Assembly (NCBI GenBank): GCA_964016885.1
Contig: OZ024743.1
Span: forward strand, 133,114,001-133,178,000
DNA from: Eledone cirrhosa
Lineage: Eukaryota
DNA: 64,000 nt
Direction of reading: 5' to 3'
The notes beneath the pieces are model-generated. The model was given only the letters and a program-made list of their open reading frames with translations. It was not told the origin of the DNA and made no database searches. The translations under genes were made by a program, and so were the position numbers. Shown in pieces: positions 42,301 through 55,900 of this stretch; within the stretch, counting starts at the first letter, position 1, and each line of letters opens with the position of its first letter.

Positions 42301-45300
42301 AAACAGCAAACACCAAGCACCAAACACCAAACACCAAGCACCAAGCAACAAACACCAAACACCAAGCACCAAACACCAAGCACCAAGCCCCAAGCACGAA
42401 ACACCAAGCACCAAGCACGAAACACCAAGCACCAAGCACCAAGCACCATGCACCAAACACCAAGCACCGAGCACCAAACAGCAAACACCAAACAGCAAAC
42501 ACCAAACAGCAAACACCAAACAGCAAACACCAAACAGCAAACACCAAACAGCAAACGCCAAAAAGCAAACGCCAAACTCCAAACGCCAAACAGCAAATTC
42601 CAAACCCAAACGCCAAACAGCAAACGCCAAGCACAAAACACCAAACACCAAGCGCCAAGCACCAAACACCAAACACCAAGCACCAAGCACCAAACACCAA
42701 ACACCAAGCACCAAGTACCAAACACCAAACACCAAGCACCAAACACCAAACAGCAAACGCAAAAAAGCAAACGCCAAACCCCATACGCCAAACAGCAAAT
42801 GCCAAACCCCAAATGCCAAACGGCAAACGCCAAGCACCAAACACCAAACACCAAGCGCCAAGCACCAAACACCAAACACCAAGCACCAAGCACCAAACAC
42901 CAAACACCAAGCACCAATCACCAAACACCAAACACCAAGCGCCAAACACCAAACACCAAACACCTATCACCAAGCACCAAGCACCAAACACCAAGCACCA
43001 AACACCAAGCACCAAGCACCAAGCACCAAGCACCAAACACCAATCACCAAGCCCCAAGCACCAAACACCAAGCACCCAGCACCAAACACCAAACACCAAG
43101 CACCAAGCACCCAGAACAAAGCACCAAGCACCAAACACCAAACACCAAGCTCCAAGCACCAAACACCAAACACCAAGCACCAAGCACCAAGCACCAAACA
43201 CCAAACACCAAGCACCAATCACCAAACACCAAGCACCAAGCGCCAAACACCAAACACCAAACACCTAGCACCAAGCACCAAGCACCGAACACCAAGCACC
43301 AAGCACCAAGCACCAAGCACCAAGCACCAAACACCAATCACCAAGCCCCAAGCACCAAACACCAAGCACCAAGCACCAAGCACCAAACACCAAACACCAA
43401 GCACCAAGCACCAAACACCAAACACCAAGCACCAAGCACCAAGCACCAAGCACCAAACACCATACACCAAACAGCAAACGCCAAAAAGCAAACGCCAAGC
43501 CCCATACGCCAAACAGCAAATGCCAAACCCCAAACGCCAAACAGCAAACGCCAAGCACCAAACACCAAACACCAAGCGCCAAGCACCAAACACCAAACAC
43601 CAAGCACCAAGCACCAAACACCAAACACCAAGCACCAATCACCAAACACCAAGCACCAAGCGCCAAGCACCAGACACCAAGCACCAAGCACCAAACACCA
43701 AACACCAAGCACCAAGCACTAAACACCAAACACCAAGCACCAAGCACCAAGCACCAAGCACCAAGCACCAAACACCAAGCGCCAAGCACCAAGCACCAAG
43801 CACCAAACACCAAGCACCAAGCACCAAACAGCAAACACCAAGCACCAAACACCAAACACCAAGCACCAAGCACCAAACACCAAACACCAAACACCAAGCA
43901 CCAAGCCCCAAGCACCAAACACCAAGCACCAAGCACCAAACACCAAGCACGAAGCACCAAGCACCATGCACCAAACACCAAGCACCAAGCACCAAACAGC
44001 AAACACCAAACAGCAAACACCAAACACCAAACACCAACCAGCAAACACCAAACACCAAACACCAAACAGCAAACACCAAACACCAAACACCAAACAGCAA
44101 ACACCAAACACCAAACACCAAACAGCAAATGCCAAAAAGCAAACGCCAAACCCCAAACGCCAAACAGCAAATGCCAAACCCCAAACGCCAAACAGCAAAC
44201 GCCAAGCGCCAAACGCCAAACACCAAGTGCCAAGCACCAAACACCAAACACCAAGCACCAAGCACCAAGCACCAAACACCAAACAGCAAACGCCAAAAAG
44301 CAAACGCCAAACCCCATACGCCAAACAGCAAATGCCAAACCCCAAACGCCAAACAGCAAACGCCAAGCACCAAACACCAAACACCAAGCGCCAAGCACCA
44401 AACACCAAACACCAAGCACCAAGCACCAAACACCAAACACCAAGCACCAATCACCAAACACCAAGCACCAAGCGCCAAGCACCAAACACCAAACACCTAG
44501 CACCAAGCACCAAGCACCAAACACCAAGTACCAAACACCAATCACCAAGCCCCAAGCACCAAACACCAAGCGCCAAGCACCAAACACCAAACACCAAGCA
44601 CCAAGCACCCAGAACCAAGCACCAAGCACCAAACACCAAGCACCAAGCACCGAGCACCAAACACCAAGAACCAAGCACCAAGCTCTAAACACCAAACACC
44701 AAGCACCAAGCACCAAACACCAAACACCAAACACCAAACACCAAACAGCAAATGCCAAAAAGCAAACGCCAAACCCCAAACGCCAAACAGTAAATGCCAA
44801 ACCCCAAACGCCAAACAGCAAACGCCAAGCGCCAAACGCCAAACACCAAGCGCCAAGCACCAAACACCAAACACCAAGCACCAAGCACCAAACACCAAAC
44901 ACCAAGCACCAAGTACCAAACACCAAACACCAAGCACCAAACACCAAACAGCAAACGCCAAAAAGCAAACGCCAAACCCCATACGCCAAACAGCAAATGC
45001 CAAACCCCAAACGCCAAACAGCAAACGCCAAAAAGCAAACGCCAAACCCCATACGCCAAACAGCAAATGCCAAACTCCAAACGCCAAACAGCAAACGCCA
45101 GGCACCAAACACCAAACACCAAGCGCCAAGCACCAAACACCAAACACCAAGCACCAAGCACCAAACACCAAACACCAAGCACCAATCACCAAACACCAAG
45201 CACCAAGCGCCAAGCACCAAACACCAAACACCTAGCACCAAGCACCAAGCACCAAACACCAAGCACCAAACACCAATCACCAAGCCCCAAGCACCAAACA

Positions 45301-46936
45301 CCAAGCACCAAGCACCAAACACCAAACACCAAGCACCAAGCACCAAGGACCAAGCACCAAACACCAAGCACCAAGCACCGAGCACCAAACACCAAGAACC
45401 AAGCACCAAGCACTAAACACCAAACACCAAGCACCAAGCACCAAACACCAAACACCAAGCACCAAGTACAACACTCCAAACACCAAACACCAAGCACCAA
45501 GCACCAAATCCCAAGCACCAAACACCAAGCACCAATCACCAAACACCAAACACCAAGCACCAAGCACCAAACTCCAAAAACCAAGCACCAAACACCAAGC
45601 ACCAAACACCAAGCACCAAGCGCCAAAGACCAAACACCAAGCACCAAGCACGAAACACCAAGCACCAAGCACCGAGCACCAAACACCAAGTACCAAGCAC
45701 CAATCACCAAACACCAAGCACCAAGCACCAAACACCAAACACCAAGCACCAAGCACCAAGCATCAAGCACCAAGCACCAAACACCAACCACCAAGCACCA
45801 AACACCAAACACAAAACAACAAGTACCAAGCACCAAACACCAAACACCAAACACCAAACACCAAGCACCAAGCACAAGACACCAAGCACCAAGCACCAAG
45901 CACCAAGCACCAAAAACCAAGCACCAAGCTCCAAGCACCAAATACCAAGCACCAAACACCAAACACCAAGCACCAAGCACCAAACACCAAGCACCAAGCG
46001 CCAAACACCAAACACCAAGCACCAAGCACCAAACACCAAGCACCAACCACCAAGCACCAAACACCAAGCACCAAGCACCAAGCACCAAGCACCAAGCACC
46101 AAACACCAAGCACCAAGCACCAAACAGCAAACACCAAGCACCAAACACCAAACACCACGCACCAAGCAACAAACACCAAACACCAAGCACCAAACACCAA
46201 GCACCAAGCCCCAAGCACGAAACACCAAGCACCAAGCACGAAACACCAAGCACCAAGCACCAAGCACCATGCACCAAACACCAAGCACCAAGCACCAAAC
46301 AGCAAACACCAAACAGCAAACACCAAACAGCAAACACCAAACAGCAAACACCAAACAGCAAACACCAAACAGCAAACGCCAAAAAGCAAACGCCAAACTC
46401 CAAACGCCAAACAGCAAATGCCAAACCCAAACGCCAAACAGCAAACGCCAAGCACAAAACACCAAACACCAAGCGCCAAGCACCAAACACCAAACACCAA
46501 GCACCAAGCACCAAACACCAAACACCAAGCACCAAGTACCAAACACCAAACACCAAGCCCCAAACACCAAACAGCAAACGCAAAAAAGCAAACGCCAAAC
46601 CCCATACGCCAAACAGCAAATGCCAAACCCCAAATGCCAAACGGCAAACGCCAAGCACCAAACACCAAACACCAAGCGCCAAGCACCAAACACCAAACAC
46701 CAAGCACCAAGCACCAAACACCAAACACCAAGCACCAATCACCAAACACCAAACACCAAGCGCCAAACACCAAACACCAAACACCTATCACCAAGCACCA
46801 AGCACCAAACACCAAGCACCAAACACCAAGCACCAAGCACCAAGCACCAAGCACCAAACACCAATCACCAAGCCCCAAGCACCAAACACCAAGCACCCAG
46901 CACCAAACACCAAACACCAAGCACCAAGCACCCAGA
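35871..46936. repeat. Large segmental duplication, copy 2 (partner 8711-21680)
   Basis: Colinear markers with copy 1, including TACAACACTCC 20225/45467 and CACCACG 20911/46153. Has two rather than three ~1.8-kb units. Confidence 0.88.
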
Positions 46937-49900
46937 ACAAAGCACCAAGCACCAAACACCAAACACCAAGCTCCAAGCACCAAACACCAAACACCAAGCA
47001 CCAAGCACCAAGCACCAAACACCAAACACCAAGCACCAATCACCAAACACCAAGCACCAAGCGCCAAACACCAAACACCAAACACCTAGCACCAAGCACC
47101 AAGCACCGAACACCAAGCACCAAGCACCAAGCACCAAGCACCAAGCACCAAACACCAATCACCAAGCCCCAAGCACCAAACACCAAGCACCAAGCACCAA
47201 ACACCAAACACCAAGCACCAAGCACCAAACACCAAACACCAAGCACCAAGCACCAAGCACCAAGCACCAAACACCATACACCAAACAGCAAACGCCAAAA
47301 AGCAAACGCCAAACCCCATACGCCAAACAGCAAATGCCAAACCCCAAACGCCAAACAGCAAACGCCAAGCACCAAACACCAAACACCAAGCGCCAAGCAC
47401 CAAACACCAAACACCAAGCACCAAGCACCAAACACCAAACACCAAGCACCAATCACCAAACACCAAGCACCAAGCGCCAAGCACCAAACACCAAACACCT
47501 AGCACCAAGCACCAAGCACCAAACACCAAGCACCAAACACCAATCACCAAGCCCCAAGCACCAAACACCAAGCACCAAGCACCAAACACCAAACACCAAG
47601 CACCAAGCACCCAGAACCAAGCACCAAGCACCAAACACCAAGCACCAAGTACCGAGCACCAAACACCAAGAACCAAGCACCAAGCACTAAACACCAAACA
47701 CCAAGCATCAAGCACCAAACACCAAACACCAAGCACCAAGTACCAAACTCCAAACACCAAACACCAAGCACCAAGCACCAAATCCCAAGCACCAAACACC
47801 AAGCACCAATCACCAAACACCAAACACCAATCACCAAGCACCAAACTCCAAAAACCAAGCACCAAGCACCAAGCACCAAACACAAAACGCCAAACACCAA
47901 ACACCAAGTACCAAGCACCAAACACCAAGCACCAAGCGCCAAAGACCAAACACCAAGCACCAAGCACGAAACACCAAGCACCAAGCACCGAGCACCAAAC
48001 ACCAAGTACCAAGCACCAATCACCAAACACCAAGCACCAAGCACCAAACACCAAACACCAAGCACCAAGCACCAAACACCAAACACCAAGCACCAAGCCC
48101 CAAGCACCAAACAGCAAGCACCAAGCACCAAACACCAAACACCAAGCACCAAGCACTAAACACCAAACACCAAGCACCAAGCACCAAGCACCAAGCACCA
48201 AACACCAAGCACCAAGCACCAAGCACCAAGCACCAAGCACCAAACACCAAGCACCAAGCACCAAACAGCAAACACCAAGCACCAAACACCAAACACCAAG
48301 CACCAAGCACCAAACACCAAACACCAAACACCAAGCACCAAGCCCCAAGCACCAAACACCAAGCACCAAGCACCAAACACCAAGCACGAAGCACCAAGCA
48401 CCATGCACCAAACACCAAGCACCAAGCACCAAACAGCAAACACCAAACAGCAAACACCAAACACCAAACACCAACCAGCAAACACCAAACACCAAACACC
48501 AAACAGCAAACACCAAACAGCAAACACCAAACAGCAAACACCAAACACCAAACACCAAACAGCAAATGCCAAAAAGCAAACGCCAAACCCCAAACGCCAG
48601 ACAGTAAATGCCAAACCCCAAACGCCAAACAGCAAACGCCAAGCGCCAAACGCCAAACACCAAGCGCCAAGCACCAAACACCAAACACCAAGCACCAAGC
48701 ACCAAACACCAAACACCAAGCACCAAGTACCAAACACCAAACACCAAGCACCAAACACCAAACAGCAAACACCAAAAAGCAAATGCCAAACCCCATACGC
48801 CAAACAGCAAATGCCAAACCCCAAACGCCAAACAGCAAACGCCAAGCACCGAACACCAAACACCAAGCGCCAAGCACCAAACACCAAACACCAAGCACCA
48901 AGCACCAAACACCAAACACCAAGCACCAATCACCAAACACCAAGCACCAAGCGCCAAGCACCAAACACCAAACACCTAGCACCAAGCACCAAGCACCAAA
49001 CACCAAGTACCAAACACCAATCACCAAGCCCCAAGCACCAAACACCAAGCACCAAGCACCAAACACCAAACACCAAGCACCAAGCACCCAGAACCAAGCA
49101 CCAAGCACCAAACACCAAGCACCAAGCACCGAGCACCAAACACCAAGAACCAAGCACCAAGCACTAAACACCAAACACCAAGCACCAAGCACCAAACACC
49201 AAACACCAAGCACCAAACACCAAACAGCAAACGCCAAAAAGCAAACGCCAAACCCCATACGCCAAACAGCAAATGCCAAACCCCAAACGCCAAACAGCAA
49301 ACGCCAGGCACCAAACACCAAACACCAAGCGCCAAGCACCAAACACCAAACACCAAGCACCAAGCACCAAACACCAAACACCAAGCACCAATCACCAAAC
49401 ACCAAGCACCAAGCGCCAAGCACCAAACACCAAACACCTAGCACCAAGCACCAAGCACCAAACACCAAGCACCAAACACCAATCACCAAGCCCCAAGCAC
49501 CAAACACCAAGCACCAAGCACCAAACACCAAACACCAAGCACCAAGCACCAAGGACCAAGCACCAAACACCAAGCACCAAGCACCGAGCACCAAACACCA
49601 AGAACCAAGCACCAAGCACTAAACACCAAACACCAAGCACCAAGCACCAAACACCAAACACCAAGCACCAAGTACCAAACTCCAAACACCAAACACCAAG
49701 CACCAAGCACCAAATCCCAAGCACCAAACACCAAACACCAAACACCAAGCACCAAGCACCAAACTCCAAAAACCAAGCACCAAGCACCAAGCACCAAACA
49801 CCAAACGCCAAACACCAAACACCAAGTACCAAGCACCAAACACCAAGCACCAAGCGCCAAAGACCAAACACCAAGCACCAAGCACGAAACACCAAGCACC

Positions 49901-49949
49901 AAGCACCGAGCACCAAACACCAAGTACCAAGCACCAAACACCAAACACA

Positions 49950-52900
49950 AAGCACCAAGCACCAAACACCAAACACCAAGCACCAAGTACCAAACACCAA
50001 ACACCAAACACCAAACACCAAACCGCAAACGCCAAAAAGCAAACGCCAAACTCCAAACGCCAAACAACAAACGCCAAGGACCAAACACCAAACACCAAGC
50101 GCCAAGCACCAAACACCAAACACCAAACACCAAACACCAAACACCAAACCGCAAACGCCAAAAAGCAAACGCCAAACTCCAAACGCCAAACAACAAACGC
50201 CAAGGACCAAACACCAAACACCAAGCGCCAAGCACCAAACACCAAACACCTAGCACCAAGCACCAAGCACCGAACACCAAGCACCAAACACCAAGCACCA
50301 AGCACCAAGCACCAAGCACCAAGCACCAATCACCAAGCCCCAAGCACCAAACACCAAGCACCAAGCACCAAACACCAAACACCAAGCACCAAGCACCAAA
50401 CCCCAAACACCAAGCACCAAGCACCAAGCACCAAGCACCAAACACCATACACCAAGCACCAAGCACCAAACACCAAAAACCAATCACCAAGCACCAAAGA
50501 GCAAACACCAAGCCCCAAGCAACAAACACCAAACACCAAACACCAAAAAGCAAACACTAAACACCAAACACCAAATAGCAAACACCAAACACCAAATAGC
50601 AAACACCAAACACCAACCAGGAAACACCAAACAGCAAACACCAAACAGCAAACGCCAAACAGCAAACACAAACACCAAACACCAAACACCAAGCACCAAG
50701 CACCAAGCACAAAACCCCAAGCACCAAGCGCCAAGCACCAAACACCAAACACCAAACACCAAACAGCAAACACCAATCACCAAAAACCAGACACCAAACA
50801 CCAAGCAACAAGCACCAATCACCAAGCACCAAGCACTAAACACCAAACACCTAGCACCAAGCACCAAGCACCAAACACCAAGCACCAAGCACCAAGCACC
50901 AAACACCAAGCACCAAAGACCAAGCCCCAAATACCAAGCACCAAGCACCAAACACTAATCACCAGGGACCAAGCACCAAACACCAAGAACCAAGCACCAA
51001 GCACTAAACACCAAACACCAAGCACCAAGCACCAAACACCAAACACCAAGCACCAAGTACCAAACTCCAAACACCAAACACCAATCACCAAGCACCAAAT
51101 CCCAAGCACCAAACACCAAGCACCAATCACCAAACACCAAACACCAAGCACCAAGCACCAAACTCCAAAAACCAAGCACCAAGCACCAAGCACCAAACAC
51201 CAAACGCCAAACACCAAACACCAAGTACCAAGCACCAAACACCAAGCACCAAGCGCCAAAGACCAAACACCAAGCACCAAGCACGAAACACCAAGCACCA
51301 AGCACCGAGCACCAAACACCAAGTACCAAGCACCAAACACCAAACACCAAGCACCAAGCACCAAACACCAAACACCAAGCACCAAGTACCAAACACCAAA
51401 CACCAAACACCAAACACCAAACAGCAAACGCCAAAAAGCAAACGCCAAACTCCAAACGCCAAACAACAAACGCCAAGGACCAAACACCAAACACCAAGCG
51501 CCAAGCACCAAACACCAAACACCAAGCACCAAGCACCAAACACCAAACACCAAGGACCAATCACCAAACACCAAGCACCAAACACCAAGCACCAAACACC
51601 AAGCACCAAGCACCAAGCGCCAAACACCAAACACCAAACACCTAGCACCAAGCACCAAGCACGAAACACCAAGCACCAAACACCAAGCACCAAGCACCAA
51701 GCACCAAGCACCAAGCACCAAACACCAATCACCAAGCCCCAAGCACCAAACACCAAGCACCCAGCACCATACACCAAACACCAAGCACCAAGCACCCAGA
51801 ACAAAGCACCAAGCACCAAACACCAAACACCAAGCTCCAAGCACCAAACACCAAACACCAAGCACCAAGCACCAAGCACCAAGCACCAAACACCAAACAC
51901 CAAGCACCAAGCACCAAACACCAAACACCAAGCACCAATCACCAAACACCAAGCACCAAGCGCCAAACACCAAACACCAAACACCTAGCACCAAGCACCA
52001 AGCACCGAACACCAAGCACCAAACACCAAGCACCAAGCACCAAGCACCAAGCACCAATCACCAAGCCCCAAGCACCAAACACCAAGCACCAAGCACCAAA
52101 CACCAAACACCAAGCACCAAGCACCAAACCCCAAACACCAAGCACCAAGCACCAAGCACCAAGCACCAAACACCATACACCAAGCACCAAGCACCAAACA
52201 CCAAAAACCAATCACCAAGCACCAAAGAGCAAACACCAAACACCAAAAAGCAAACACTAAACACCAAACACCAAATAGCAAACACCAAACACCAAATAGC
52301 AAACACCAAACACCAACCAGGAAACACCAAACAGCAAACACCAAACAGCAAACGCCAAACAGCAAACACAAACACCAAACACCAAACACCAAGCACCAAG
52401 CACCAAGCACAAAACCCCAAGCACCAAGCGCCAAGCACCAAACACCAAACACCAAACACCAAACAGCAAACACCAATCACCAAAAACCAGACACCAAACA
52501 CCAAGCAACAAGCACCAATCACCAAGCACCAAGCACTAAACACCAAACACCTAGCACCAAGCACCAAGCACCAAACACCAAGCACCAAGCACCAAGCACC
52601 AAACACCAAGCACCAAAGACCAAGCCCCAAATACCAAGCACCAAGCACCAAACACTAATCACCAGGGACCAAGCACCAAACACCAAGAACCAAGCACCAA
52701 GCACTAAACACCGAACACCAAGCACCAAGCACCAAACACCAAACACCAAGCACCAAGTACCAAACTCCAAACACCAAACACCAAGCACCAAGCACCAAAT
52801 CCCAAGCACCAAACACCAAGCACCAATCACCAAACACCAAACACCAAGCACCAAGCACCAAACACCAAAAACCAAGCACCAAGCACCAAGCACCAAACAG

Positions 52901-55900
52901 CAAACGCCAAACACCGAACACCAAGTACCAAGCACCAAACACCAAGCACCAAGCGCCAAAGACCAAACACCAAGCACCAAGCACGAAACACCAAGCACCA
53001 AGCACCGAGCACCAAACACCAAGTACCAAGCACCAATCACCAAACACCAAGCACCAAGCACCAAACACCAAACAGCAAGCACCAAGCACCAAACACCAAA
53101 CACCAAGCACCAAGCACCACACACCAACTACCAAGCACCAAGCACTAAACACCAAACACCAAGCACCAAGCACCAAGCATCAAGCACCAAGCACCAAACA
53201 CCAAGCACCAAGCACCAAGCACCAAACATAAAACAACAGGTACCAAGCACCAAACACCAAACACCAAACACCAAACACCAAGCACAAAGCACCAAACACC
53301 AAACACCAAGCACCAAGCACCAGACACCAAGCACCAAGCACCAAGCACCAAGCACCAAAAACCAAGCACCAAGCACCAAGGACCAAACACCAAGCACCAA
53401 ACACCAAACACCAAGCACCAAGCACCAAACACCAAACACCAAGCACCAAACACCAAACACCAAGCAGCAATCACCAAACACCAAGCACCAAGCGCCAAAC
53501 ACCAAACACCAAACACCTAGCACCAAGCACCAAGCACCGAACACCAAGCACCAAACACCAAGCACCAAGCACCAAGCACCAAGCACCAAGCACCAAACAC
53601 CAATCACCAAGCCCGAAGCACCAAACACGAAGCACCAAGCACCAAACACCAAACACCAAGCACCATGCACCCAGAACCAAGCACCAAACACCAAACACCA
53701 AGCACCAAGCACCAAGCACCAAACACCATACACCAAGCACCAAGCACCAAACACCAAAAACCAAGCACCAAGCACCAAACACCAAGCACCAAAGACCAAG
53801 CCCCAAATACCAAGCACCAAGCACCAAACACCAGTCACCAGGCACCAAGCACCAAACACCAACAACCAAGCACCAAGCAGTAAACACCAAACACCAAGCA
53901 CCAAGCACCGAACACCAAACACCAAGCACCAAGTACCAAACTCCAAACACCAAACACCAAGCACCAATCAACAAACACCAAACACCAAGCACCAAGCACC
54001 AAACACCAAAAACCAAGCACCAAGCACCAAGCACCAAACACCAAACACCGAACACCAAGTACTAAGCACCAAACACCAAGCACCAGGCGCCAAAGACCAA
54101 ACACCAAGCACCAAGCACGAAACACCAAGCACCAAGCACCGAGCACCAAACACCAAGTACCAGGCACCAATCAACAAACACCAAGCACCAAGCACCAAAT
54201 ACCAGACAGCAAGCACCAAGCACCAAACACCAAGCACCAAGCACCAAACACCAAGCACCAAGCGCCAAACACCAAACACCAAGCACCAAGCACCAAACAC
54301 CAAGCACCAACCACCAAGCACCAAACACCAAGCACCAAGCACCAAACACCAAGCACCAATCACCAAACAGCAAACACCAAGCACCAAACACCAAACACCA
54401 AGCACCAAGCACCAAACACCAAGCACCAAGCACCAAACACCAAGCACCAAGCACCAAACACCAAAAACCAATCACCAAGCACCAAAGAGCAAACACCAAG
54501 CCCCGAGCACCAAACACCAAACACCAAACACCAAATAGCAAACACTAAACACCAAACACCAAACAGCAAACACAAAACACCAAATAGCAAATACCAAACA
54601 GCAAACACCAAACACCAAACAGCAAACACCAAACACCAACCAGGAAACACCAAACACCAAGCACCAAACACCAAGCACCAAGCCCCAAGCACCAAACACC
54701 AAGCACCAAGCACCACACACCAAATACCAAGCACCAAGCACTAAACACCAAACACCAAGCACCAAGCACCACACACCAAATACCAAGCACCAAGCACTAA
54801 ACACCAAACACCAAGCACCAAGCACCAATCACCAAGCACCAAGCACTAAACACCAAACACCTAGCACCAAGCACCAAACAGCAAACACCAAACAGCAAAC
54901 ACCAAACACCAACCAGCGAACACCAAGCACCAAACACCAAACACCAAGCACCAAGCACCAAACACCAAACACCAAGCACCAAGCACCACACACCAAATAC
55001 CAAGCACCAAGCACTAAACACCAAACACCAAGCACCAAGCACCAATCACCAAGCACCAAGCACTAAACACCAAACACCTAGCACCAAGCACCAAGCACCA
55101 AACACCAAGCACCAAGCACCAAGCACCAAACACCAAGCACCAAAGACCAATCCCCAAATACCAAGCACCAAGCACCAAACACTAATCACCAGGGACCAAG
55201 CACCAAACACCAAGAACCAAGCACCAAGCACTAAACACTAAACACCAAGCACCAAGCACCAAACACCAAACACCAAGCACCAAGTACCAAACTCCAAACA
55301 CCAAACACCAAGCACCAAGCACCAAATCCCAAGCACCAAACACCAAGCACCAATCACCAAACACCAAACACCAAGCACCAAGCACCAAACACCAAAAACC
55401 AAGCACCAAGCACCAAGCACCAAACACCAAGCACCAAGCACCAAACACCAAACAGCAAGCACCAAGCACCAAACACCAAACACCAAGCACCAAGCACCAC
55501 ACACCAACTACCAAGCACCAAGCACTAAACACCAAACACCAAGCACCAAGCACCAAGCATCAAGCACCAAGCACCAAACACCAAGCACCAAGCACCAAGC
55601 ACCAAACATAAAACAACAAGTACCAAGCACCAAACACCAAACACCAAACACCAAACACCAAGCACAAAGCACCAAACACCAAACACCAAGCACCAAGCAC
55701 CAGACACCAAGCACCAAGCACCAAGCACCAAGCACCAAACACCTAGCACCAAGCACCAAGCACCAAACACCAAGCACCAAACACCAAACACCAAGCACCA
55801 AGCACCAAACACCAAACACCAAGCACCAAACACCAAACACCAAGCACCAATCACCAAACACCAAGCACCAAGCGCCAAACACCAAACACCAAACACCTAG

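Larger units (their letters stand above)
8711..49950. repeat. Homogeneous core domain built from nested higher-order repeats
   Basis: Many exactly repeated ORF-track translations at fixed offsets; dense in the 84-bp cassette; flank variants TAGCAAA/GAGCAAA not seen here. Confidence 0.8.
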
